Positions 1 to 7,591 of a stretch of 64,000 nt of DNA are shown here, one piece after another. The notes beneath the pieces are model-generated. The model made no database searches. It had not been told where the DNA came from and saw nothing but the letters and a program-made list of their open reading frames with translations. Positions within the stretch are counted from its first letter, which is position 1. Each line of letters starts with the position of its first letter. The stretch comes from an uncultured Dehalococcoidia bacterium (GTDB lineage: Bacteria > Chloroflexota > Dehalococcoidia > SZUA-161), in contig CAZNOI010000003.1 in the NCBI GenBank assembly GCA_964574685.1, positions 53,408-117,407 of the forward strand, read 5' to 3'. A program made the translations under genes and the position numbers.

Positions 1-363
1 GTCGAAGAGGCCGTGACCCTGGCTCAGGACAGGAAGGTCGGGGCTCTTCTCGTTGTCGACGACGGCAGGCTTGTCGGTATAGCCACGACAAACGACTTCT
101 TCTACAAGATACTCAACCCGATACTCGGCGTGGGCAAGCCGGGTTCACGCCTGGTCGTGCGGCATATCCAGAGCCCGGGCGATATCGAGCGCATAGTCGG
201 TGCGATAAACAAGCTGGGCCTGGAGGTCATGACGATGTTCATGCTGCCGGTGCCGGAGAGGGAAGCGCAGAACTTCGTCGTCCATCTGGTGTCCGATGAC
301 CCCACGCATCTGGTCACAGAGCTGAAGCTCCTGGGCTTCACCGTGGAGCGGCGTGCACGCTAA
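1..363 (+). CDS. CBS-domain protein, C-terminal portion (5' end lies outside the window)
   Basis: Frame is open from nt 1 (VEEAVTLAQDRKVGALLVVDDGRLVGIATTNDFF...). GxxTxxD CBS-like motif followed by an ACT-like tail. Stop at 361-363. Confidence 0.5.
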   Translation, partial: VEEAVTLAQDRKVGALLVVDDGRLVGIATTNDFFYKILNPILGVGKPGSRLVVRHIQSPGDIERIVGAINKLGLEVMTMFMLPVPEREAQNFVVHLVSDDPTHLVTELKLLGFTVERRAR

Positions 364-367
364 TGTG

Positions 368-397
368 TTGAACGGCTCCGAAGGCCTGTGCTATACT
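368..397 (+). promoter_or_regulatory. sigma70-like promoter (TTGAAC-18-TATACT) upstream of tRNA-Asn
   Basis: ttgaac at 368-373 and tatact at 392-397, about 30 nt before the mature tRNA 5' end at 427. Confidence 0.4.
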
Positions 398-426
398 CCA
401 CCACCGGAAGGCATCACCTCAGACGC

Positions 427-501
427 TCCCCGATAGCTCAACGGTAGAGCGGGCGGCTGTTAACCGCTAGGTTGTAGGTTCGAATCCTGCTCGGGGAGCC
501 A
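427..501 (+). tRNA. tRNA-Asn(GTT): tRNA-Asn (anticodon GTT), CCA encoded
   Basis: Hand-folded cloverleaf. Acceptor TCCCCGA pairs with TCGGGGA; D arm GCTC/GAGC; anticodon stem GGCGG/CCGCT; loop CTGTTAA; T arm GTAGG-TTCGAAT-CCTGC; discriminator G then CCA. Confidence 0.9.
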
Positions 502-2048
502 TTCTGTATGGAAGGTAAAACCCCCACCGTCTCACCGACCCGACCATCCGGAAACACAGGCAGCGTGTACCTCACCGTGACCTCGTCCCTGTCTACGTCG
601 ATTGCCTTGACGAACGACCGCAGGAAGGCCTTGCGCTCCATGATCTCCGAATTCTCCAGCAGGCTTCTGAGGTCCTCGACGTAGGCCTGCACCGCGCCCT
701 CGTCCGTCAGCTCGACCGCGTGGAACAGCAGCGACTCCTCGGCCTCCGATTTCGCGCGCTCCAGTTCCAGCTTGCGGTCGAACAGAGCGTTGATTCTGGA
801 CGACAACTGCGCTGGCTTGTACTCCCCCGTCTCCAGGGCGTCGTACAGCTTGCCCAGCCTCCCCTCGACCTCCCCCATTTGCAGTTGCAGCAGCTCGATT
901 CTCTCGTGCGCCTCCCTGGAAGCGCTCCGCAGCTCGTCATTGACCAGCCCCACCAGCTCGTGCAGGTTCTCATTCGTCAGGATGTGCTGCCTGATCTGGT
1001 CGACGATGAAGCCCTCAATTTTGGCCTTCGGCAGCAGCGGCGTGTCGCAGACATCGCGGCCGCGCCGTCGCGCGTTGCCGCACATGTAGTAGAAATGCCG
1101 CCCCGACTTCACCGCGTGGCCTATCATCGCAGCGCCGCAGTGCCGGCATCTTATCAGACCGCTCAGCGCGTACTCGCTGTGCACCGTACGCGGATGGCTG
1201 ACCCTGGGGGCGCGTTCGCCCAGCTTCTCCTGCGCCTTGGCGAACGTCTCAGCGTCGATGATTGCTGGCCAGGCATTCTCCACCCTCACCGGCGGGCTGT
1301 CGCCATTGCCCAGCTGCCTCTTCTTGCGCTTGTCCCACACCATGACTCCTGCGTATGCCTCATTCTGCAGGATGCCGTGTACAGAGGTTGTGCCCCACTT
1401 CCCGCCCGTCGCGCTGCCCACGCCGTCCCTGTTCAGCCCGCCCGCTATCTCCTTGAGGCCCCGCCCTTGCAGGCACTCCCTGAATATCCGCTGCACCACC
1501 GGAGCGGTCGCAGGGTCCGGCGCGAGCTTGCTTCTGGACATCTCTCCGTCCTGGACGCTCACCCTCTTGAACCCGTAGGGAGTGCGCCCCCCGTTGTGAT
1601 AGCCGCGCGACGCGCTTTCTCTCATTCCCCTGACCACGTCCTGCGACAGGTTGGCCGAATAGAACTCGTCGATGACCTCTATGATCCCTTCGAGGAGCTT
1701 CCCGGAAGGCGTGTCCTCCAGCGGCTCGCTCACCGAGATTACCTGCACGCCGTGCTTCCGCAGCAGGGACTTGTAGACGATTGAGTCCTCGCGGTTCCTC
1801 GCGAACCTGGAGAGCTTCCACACCAGGATAGTGTCGAACCGTGGTGGCTTTTGCCTCGCAGCGGCGATCATTCGCTTGAAGCCCGGCCTGTCGATGGAGC
1901 GCCCGCTCTCCGCCTCGTCGACGTACTCCCGCACCACCTCGTGCCCGTTGCGCGAGGCCCACTCCCTCAGCGCCTTGAGCTGCGCCGAGATCGACAGGTC
2001 CGTGTCCTGCCTGTCCGATGACACCCTTGCGTACAAAGCGACGTTCAT
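438..2048 (-). CDS. large serine recombinase / integrase
   Basis: N-terminal resolvase catalytic domain: MNVALYARVSSDRQ with Ser nucleophile, then ...TILVWKLSRFARN. Large C-terminal recombinase domain with Cys-rich zinc ribbon (CRHCG...YYMCG) and coiled coil. Start taken at MNV (2048), overlapping the upstream gene by ATGA. The 3' end overlaps the tRNA. Confidence 0.85.
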   Translation of the reverse strand: MNVALYARVSSDRQDTDLSISAQLKALREWASRNGHEVVREYVDEAESGRSIDRPGFKRMIAAARQKPPRFDTILVWKLSRFARNREDSIVYKSLLRKHGVQVISVSEPLEDTPSGKLLEGIIEVIDEFYSANLSQDVVRGMRESASRGYHNGGRTPYGFKRVSVQDGEMSRSKLAPDPATAPVVQRIFRECLQGRGLKEIAGGLNRDGVGSATGGKWGTTSVHGILQNEAYAGVMVWDKRKKRQLGNGDSPPVRVENAWPAIIDAETFAKAQEKLGERAPRVSHPRTVHSEYALSGLIRCRHCGAAMIGHAVKSGRHFYYMCGNARRRGRDVCDTPLLPKAKIEGFIVDQIRQHILTNENLHELVGLVNDELRSASREAHERIELLQLQMGEVEGRLGKLYDALETGEYKPAQLSSRINALFDRKLELERAKSEAEESLLFHAVELTDEGAVQAYVEDLRSLLENSEIMERKAFLRSFVKAIDVDRDEVTVRYTLPVFPDGRVGETVGVLPSIQNGSPSRIRTYNLAVNSRPLYR

Positions 2049-2893
2049 CGTGCCCCTCCGTTCCGTGGTAACGCGATCTCGCTGATGTCCCATGTCCCGT
2101 TGCCGTCCAATGCAGAATTGCCGCCGTGCACATAGCAGTAGTCTATTGAGTCGTAGTCGTTCATCTCCAACATTTCCACAGTCGCCTGCACCGCGTCGGC
2201 CTCTGCTCCCATGTAACCCGTAGTAAGCAGAATCAGGAACGTGCTTGTTGCGCCTCGCCGCTTGGCCTCTTCCAGTTGGTCGTCGGCATCTTTCACGTTC
2301 TTGTTGAACTGGTCAAACGCCTTACCGCTCAAGGCGTGTGTGTGGCCATTGTAGAACTGATTCACCGCATCTGGGTTCAGGAATGAGCCATCCTCCTTCC
2401 ACTTGCGCAGCGTCACCCAGAAGTCATGAGGCAGTCGGTCCGATAGCTTGCCCTGCAAGTCGCCAGTGAGGTCTACTTCATCACCCAAGGCCATATCTCT
2501 TGATCGCGTCGCAATGACATCACGGAGGGCATCCCGGAGCAGCATTCTGCCGTCCCTCCTCAAGTCCAGGGCGACTAGGTCGGACACGTTCATCGACCAG
2601 ATGAATGTGCCTGACAACTCTCCGGACACAGCCTCCGCCACTTCGCGGCATATCGCTTCCAGTAGCGACGTCTGTTCGTGCAGCGCCGCATCAGTTAATC
2701 TCTTGACCTCAATGGCTACCTCGTCTCCCGTACCGGTGTCCTTGGCTACCCAGTCCGGGTTCTTCTGGCCCTGCTCCGGTTGGCCGTGCACGTCTGTGTA
2801 GCGCCCTACGAGTTCGATCGCCGTGCCATGTGTCTCGTTGTGTAGCTGCAAGACCCGCTCTACATACGACCGCTGCCATTCCTCATCTGCCAT
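2045..2893 (-). CDS. hypothetical protein, translationally coupled upstream of the recombinase
   Basis: 283-aa ORF from MADEEWQRSYVERV... No recognisable motif. Its stop overlaps the recombinase start (ATGA). Confidence 0.5.
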   Translation of the reverse strand: MADEEWQRSYVERVLQLHNETHGTAIELVGRYTDVHGQPEQGQKNPDWVAKDTGTGDEVAIEVKRLTDAALHEQTSLLEAICREVAEAVSGELSGTFIWSMNVSDLVALDLRRDGRMLLRDALRDVIATRSRDMALGDEVDLTGDLQGKLSDRLPHDFWVTLRKWKEDGSFLNPDAVNQFYNGHTHALSGKAFDQFNKNVKDADDQLEEAKRRGATSTFLILLTTGYMGAEADAVQATVEMLEMNDYDSIDYCYVHGGNSALDGNGTWDISEIALPRNGGAR

Positions 2894-3064
2894 CGTTGCC
2901 CCTCTCAACCGTAGCCTCCGGCGCATTTTAGCACATTTGTTCCATAAATGCAAGTATTTAGTACATGATTTTCACCAACGAGCTTCAAGACTGCTCCGCC
3001 CCGTGACATTCTCCGGTTGACCGTGTCCGACATCTGTTGATACCCTGCGCCACAGGAGCAAGAA

Positions 3065-3310
3065 ATGGTCAAGGCACGCACACCCGTACATCTCAAGGTC
3101 AACAGCGTCGCCGTCTGGAACTACCTCACTAGGCGCAACCTCGCCCAGAACGAGCTTGCCAAGCAGCTCGGCATCAGCACTGGCTACATGGCCCAGCTCA
3201 TCAGCGGCAAGAGAAGCCCGTCGCCCGCGCTTCGCCGCCGCATGCTCGAAACACTCGCCCCTCTCTCCTTCGACGACCTCTTCCAGGTATCAGAGAGGGA
3301 CGCCCTGTGA
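3065..3310 (+). CDS. XRE/Cro-like HTH transcriptional regulator
   Basis: NLAQNELAKQLGISTGYMAQLISGKRSPS is a typical XRE HTH. Divergent from the recombinase operon, a classic int/regulator layout. Confidence 0.7.
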   Translation: MVKARTPVHLKVNSVAVWNYLTRRNLAQNELAKQLGISTGYMAQLISGKRSPSPALRRRMLETLAPLSFDDLFQVSERDAL

Positions 3311-3458
3311 CGACCCTGCGCCAGGAGACGACGCCCGCCCCCGCCCTCGCACACGACGAGCCGTACGAGGGACTTCGCATCCTCGCCCGCATGATCGCCC
3401 GCGCCCACCTCGCCCGCACCGAGATCCCCGCCGACACCGACGCCAGCGGAGACCGCTG

Positions 3459-4106
3459 ATGCCCCGCCGCTGGTCCAGCCCCCAGACCCGAGCCTGGGCG
3501 TACCGCTATCTTGTCCTTCGGGACGGCGAGAAATGCGCCCTCTGCGGCAAAGTCCCGAAGAACACTTATTCCCTCGACATTGACCACATTGATCGTGACC
3601 CGACTAACACCTATCCCCACAATCTGCGCCTTCTGTGCCGCTCGTGCAACGTAGCTGAGGAGAACCGCAAACGCCCAAGTGACGCTGTGTGTGTGGGTGT
3701 GAAAGGCAGGGAGAGGCCGGGGACGAGGATAGCCAGGGACGTGGTGCCGTACTACGAAGGAAGCCCGGAGATGCAGGCGAACGCCCTTTTCGAGGTGCGC
3801 TATCGCCACTGGCTGCAGGGCTTCATAGACGCCCGAGGCTTCATACCGAAGAAGGAGGCCGTGAACGCTGGGGCTGAGGCCGTGGGGTGCAGCCCCGCGA
3901 CCGCGGCAAGGTACCTGGCCAAGCTCACGTCCTATCTAGGCCCACTGAAGGAGACCAAGGACATGCTGGGAGAGCCGGTGGTGACATCGAGGGCGGACGA
4001 CGGAGATTGCCCCCCAGGCTGTCCGTCGCAGGGGGAGGAACTGGCCCGCCGCCGTGGTGGGCGTCTAGCAGAGCCATCAAGCGACGGTGGTGAGGCCGAC
4101 GACTGA
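3459..4106 (+). CDS. HNH endonuclease (phage-type)
   Basis: CALCGK...LDIDHIDRDPTNTYPHNLRLLCRSCN (CxxC...DH...N...CxxC). The listed ORF 3156-4106 has a low-complexity Arg/Pro N-terminus. The in-frame ATG at 3459 is the plausible start. Confidence 0.7.
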   Translation: MPRRWSSPQTRAWAYRYLVLRDGEKCALCGKVPKNTYSLDIDHIDRDPTNTYPHNLRLLCRSCNVAEENRKRPSDAVCVGVKGRERPGTRIARDVVPYYEGSPEMQANALFEVRYRHWLQGFIDARGFIPKKEAVNAGAEAVGCSPATAARYLAKLTSYLGPLKETKDMLGEPVVTSRADDGDCPPGCPSQGEELARRRGGRLAEPSSDGGEADD

Positions 4107-4273
4107 GCCGCCCCGAGGTGCAGGACGCCTCCTGCCGGTTCTTGTGAAGGAGGAACAAGCCATGAAGCTGCTCAAGACCGCAATCGAGACCCAGCGCTGG
4201 GACCTCGCGGCGCACACCCTTGTGCTGGGGGCCGCCCTGGTTCTGGACGCACGAAAGAACGGAGCGGGAAGGA

Positions 4274-4630
4274 ATGCCAAGACAGAAGCGAAAACGAGGC
4301 GCGCAGCCCGGAAACCGCAACGCGCTTAAGCACGGCTTCTACTCGGAGGCCCTGAAGGAAGCCGAGAAGCTTGAGCTGGAGGCCGCCCGTGACCTCGACG
4401 GCCTGGACGACGAGATCGCGCTCCTGCGGGTGAAGATCAAGTCCCTGGTGGCGCACGACTCCGACGACATCAAGCTGCTGATCGATGCCACCAGCACCCT
4501 CGCGCGCCTCCTGCGGACCCGCTACAACCTCCAGCAGCACCAGCACGACGGCATCCGCGACGCCATCACCAGCGTCCTCACCGACCTCGCCATCCCCCTC
4601 GGGGTCACCATAGCAAAGGGTACAATGTGA
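4274..4630 (+). CDS. putative phage terminase small subunit-like / DNA-binding protein
   Basis: N-terminus MPRQKRKRGAQPGNRNALKHGFYSE (basic stretch plus GNxNAxKHGxYS, as I recall it from phage TerS-like proteins), then a coiled-coil region. HNH next to TerS is a common phage packaging arrangement. Confidence 0.35.
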   Translation: MPRQKRKRGAQPGNRNALKHGFYSEALKEAEKLELEAARDLDGLDDEIALLRVKIKSLVAHDSDDIKLLIDATSTLARLLRTRYNLQQHQHDGIRDAITSVLTDLAIPLGVTIAKGTM

Positions 4631-4758
4631 CCTCGCCTGCTCCACGGCCCGAGTGGGTACTTCAGTGTACTTGCGTGCACCTCGGATAAGCTGCGTACTA
4701 TTGACAAAAACCCGCCTGGCCTATAACGTTTTCTCAAACAGCTGTGGGGTGGCTACGT

Positions 4759-5811
4759 ATGTTCACACTTCTCGACCTCTTCTGCGGAGCTGGCGGCATG
4801 ACGGCTGGCTTCGTCGATGCCGGATTCGTACCCATCTTCGCGGTGGACAGCTGCAGATGGTCCGTGGACACCTACAATGCCAATTTCGGACACCATGCCA
4901 CGTGCACGCCGGTCGAGGATGTTGAGCATTTCCCCAAAGCCGACGTCGTGATCGGTGGCCCCCCTTGCCAGGGATTCAGCAACCTTGGCAAGCGTCTTCC
5001 CTTTGACCCGAGGAATCAGCTGTGGCGCCACTTCGTACGCGCGATTGCGGCCGCGCAGCCCTTGTACTTCGTAATGGAGAACGTGCCAGAGCTGCTCAAG
5101 TCCGCCGAATATGAAGCGTTGAAAGCTGAGACCGAGGGCCTCGGGTATGAAGTTGACGGTCAGGTTCTGATCGCCGCCGACTACGGCATTCCTCAGACGC
5201 GCAAGCGTAGCTTCGTTATAGGCTCGCGCGTCGGGCCACCACTGTTCCCGGTGCCCACCCACCGGCGCCCTGACGAAGTCGACTTGTTCAATCTCCACCT
5301 GCCCCCCTGGCGGACGGTCAGGGACGCGATCGCGGACCTCCCACTTGTACCGACCGACTTCGACTGGCACATCGGCCGCAATCCTACTACGATGTCATTG
5401 GAGCGCTATCGTCACGTCCCCGAGGGAGGGAACCGATTCGATCTTCCCACGCACCTCCAGCCGCCGTGCTGGATACGGAAGACAAAGGGGGGAACCGACC
5501 TGTTCGGCCGGCTGTGGTGGGACAGACCTGCGTATACCATTCGGACTGAGTTCTTCAAGCCCGAGAAAGGACGCTACCTCCACCCCCAGGCCGACCGCCC
5601 GATAACCCATCGGGAGGCGGCGCGTTTCCAGACCTTCTCGGATGATTTCACGTTCTGCGGTTCGAAGATTGAGGTCGCCAAGCAGATAGGCAACGCGGTT
5701 CCGTCCCTGCTCGCTCGCAGGATCGCCGAGGCTGTTAGAGAAGCCGTTGGGGATGCTCAACTCACGAGTGCGTCGACTCAGCCCACTCGCGCAGTATGTC
5801 CAACGCAGTGA
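4759..5811 (+). CDS. DNA (cytosine-5)-methyltransferase
   Basis: Motif I LDLFCGAGGMTAGF, motif IV GGPPCQGFS, motif VI MENVPEL, motif VIII QTRKRSF, motif X GNAVPSLLA. Confidence 0.9.
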   Translation: MFTLLDLFCGAGGMTAGFVDAGFVPIFAVDSCRWSVDTYNANFGHHATCTPVEDVEHFPKADVVIGGPPCQGFSNLGKRLPFDPRNQLWRHFVRAIAAAQPLYFVMENVPELLKSAEYEALKAETEGLGYEVDGQVLIAADYGIPQTRKRSFVIGSRVGPPLFPVPTHRRPDEVDLFNLHLPPWRTVRDAIADLPLVPTDFDWHIGRNPTTMSLERYRHVPEGGNRFDLPTHLQPPCWIRKTKGGTDLFGRLWWDRPAYTIRTEFFKPEKGRYLHPQADRPITHREAARFQTFSDDFTFCGSKIEVAKQIGNAVPSLLARRIAEAVREAVGDAQLTSASTQPTRAVCPTQ

Positions 5812-6406
5812 GCTCCGGTGGCTGCCCGGTCTCTTTCGACCTTGCCTCCAATGCCTTCATGACCTTCTTCGGCAGGTGAACGACTAGCTGTAGTGGCAGC
5901 TTCTCAGGGAAGGCCAAGGGGCATTCGCTGCAGCTCTCTCTCCGGCATGTAGCACACTCGCGCCTCTTTCGGATGTTGCAGGATGTGCACGTTGTCTGCA
6001 GGTTGCTGTCATCATCAGCGCCGTAGCGAATGAGCGGCACCTTGTGGTCTATGGTGGGACTGGGCTTGCCGGGGTCGTCGCCTACCTGTACAAGACAGAG
6101 CTGACACACATACCGGTCACGTGCATATATCCGCCTTCGCTGCTTGGCGCTGGGATATCTGCGGACCAGACGAGGCCTCACCGGCTCGGCTGACGTCCTA
6201 CGATAGTGCCACTGGCCGTTTATGTTCGACCTATCGATGTCGAAGCCGTACTCATCGCGAAGCTGCGCGATACGACGACGGTAGTCGCTCTGCCCGCTTA
6301 TCTTCAGCATTTCCTCTCGAGACACCCACTCGCCTACCGGTAGTGCGTCCAGGAACGGCTGAAGATGCTGTGGTACCGGGTCGACCCCTTTGCGGTTGCC
6401 TCCCAA
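5762..6406 (-). CDS. HNH-family restriction endonuclease (R subunit of Type II R-M), convergent with the methyltransferase
   Basis: VCQLCLVQ...IDHKVPLIRYG...NLQTTCTSCN HNH core plus extra CxxC pairs. The 3' end overlaps the methyltransferase gene by 50 bp. The controller gene lies immediately upstream. Confidence 0.6.
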   Translation of the reverse strand: MGGNRKGVDPVPQHLQPFLDALPVGEWVSREEMLKISGQSDYRRRIAQLRDEYGFDIDRSNINGQWHYRRTSAEPVRPRLVRRYPSAKQRRRIYARDRYVCQLCLVQVGDDPGKPSPTIDHKVPLIRYGADDDSNLQTTCTSCNIRKRRECATCRRESCSECPLAFPEKLPLQLVVHLPKKVMKALEARSKETGQPPELTALDILREWAESTHS

Positions 6407-6408
6407 GT

Positions 6409-6648
6409 CTACTCTTCTCCCTCGACTGCCGACTGAAAGAACGACATCGACTTCCCGTATGCGCGGGCGAACTCCACCAACTCCACGAAGTCAACGCGTC
6501 GCTCGCCAGACTCGCACTTAGATATGTACGACTGAGACCTGCCAAGGCGCTTCGCGGCCTCTGCCTGAGTCAAACCGGCTTCCAGTCGCGCTCGCCGCAG
6601 GCTGGCGACAAGACTCTCGTATGATTGCCTGTCTTCACCCCGCTTCAT
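6409..6648 (-). CDS. controller (C) protein-like XRE HTH regulator of the R-M system
   Basis: 80 aa from MKRGEDRQS.... LEAGLTQAEAAKRLGRSQSYISKCESGERR is an XRE HTH. Its stop codon is 3 bp from the endonuclease start (C-R operon). Confidence 0.6.
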   Translation of the reverse strand: MKRGEDRQSYESLVASLRRARLEAGLTQAEAAKRLGRSQSYISKCESGERRVDFVELVEFARAYGKSMSFFQSAVEGEE

Positions 6649-6819
6649 GACCGTGTCTGCTCTGACCAAGAACGGCATTATCCCATTCTGGAATAGATAT
6701 CCCAAATTGGAATATCGCGCCCTCCGCATTGAGTCTCAGACACGCAGCGGGTCGTACCATGTGGTGTGAAATGCCGACAAGTGGCAGAATAGGGTGGACC
6801 ATGTCACCATGGGGGCCGC

Positions 6820-7521
6820 ATGACTGCTCAAGACAAGGGTGCACACGACCTGGACCAGCTTGCGGTTGACCAATTCCGGCAGGTTCTAGTCCTGTGGTTC
6901 CGCGCTCACGGTCGGGACCTTCCCTGGCGGCGCACACGTGATCCCTACGCGATTCTACTGTCGGAAGTGCTGTTACAGCGGACGCAGGCCTCTCAAGTCG
7001 CGGCCCACTTTGATTCGATCATCTCCGCAATTCCGACTATCACTTCACTCGCTGGTGCCTCGGAGCAAGACATCCGTGTAATCTTAGCGCCGCTGGGCCT
7101 TGCCAAACGCGCAGGTACGCTCCGCGCCATGGCGGTTGACATCATTGAGCACTACGATGGCTCTGTCCCGTCGAATGTCAACTCTCTTATGGCACTGCCC
7201 GGAGTCGGCCGCTACATCGCTTCGGCGACTGCCTGCTTCGCGTTCGGTGCCAAGACGCCGGTACTAGATGCGAACGTCATCCGTATCCTCAGCAGGTACT
7301 TCGCCGTGGCTTCCGCCATCAAACGCCCGCGATATGACAACCGGCTCTGGAGTGCAGCGGCAGACATCTTGCCGGAATCCGACTACGTCGATTTCAACAG
7401 AGCGCTGATTGACTTCGCTTCTCTTGTCTGCACCGGCCGACGGCCTGGCTGCCTTGACTGCCCACTACGTTCTACCTGCCGGAACGCCGTCGACGCCCTT
7501 ACCCGATTGTCTGAGACTTGA
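6820..7521 (+). CDS. EndoIII/MutY-family HhH-GPD DNA glycosylase with [4Fe-4S] loop; context suggests a Mig-type T:G mismatch glycosylase
   Basis: LPWRRTRDPYAILLSEVLLQRT; HhH LPGVGRYIASA; catalytic VLDANVIRILSR; C-x6-C-x2-C-x5-C (CTGRRPGCLDCPLRSTC). 233 aa, EndoIII-sized. Lies adjacent to the C5-methyltransferase. Confidence 0.75.
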   Translation: MTAQDKGAHDLDQLAVDQFRQVLVLWFRAHGRDLPWRRTRDPYAILLSEVLLQRTQASQVAAHFDSIISAIPTITSLAGASEQDIRVILAPLGLAKRAGTLRAMAVDIIEHYDGSVPSNVNSLMALPGVGRYIASATACFAFGAKTPVLDANVIRILSRYFAVASAIKRPRYDNRLWSAAADILPESDYVDFNRALIDFASLVCTGRRPGCLDCPLRSTCRNAVDALTRLSET

Positions 7522-7591
7522 CAAGACGGGCCTCCTGGCGTATTTACTTACATGTTCGGCACCGGTTCATCGCCGACACAAGGAGACAACC

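Noticed and set aside
720-1784. 354-aa plus-strand ORF (and the 1360-2133 minus-strand ORF) overlapping the recombinase gene
   Set aside because: The products are Leu/Arg/Pro-rich and antisense or out of frame relative to a well-supported serine recombinase. These are typical spurious ORFs in high-GC DNA.
3156-4106. 316-aa ORF as listed, with an Arg/Pro/Ser-rich N-terminal 100 aa
   Set aside because: The low-complexity N-terminus is an artefact of an open frame in GC-rich DNA. The HNH domain starts at the in-frame ATG 3459, which is also stop-start coupled (TGATG) to a short upstream ORF.
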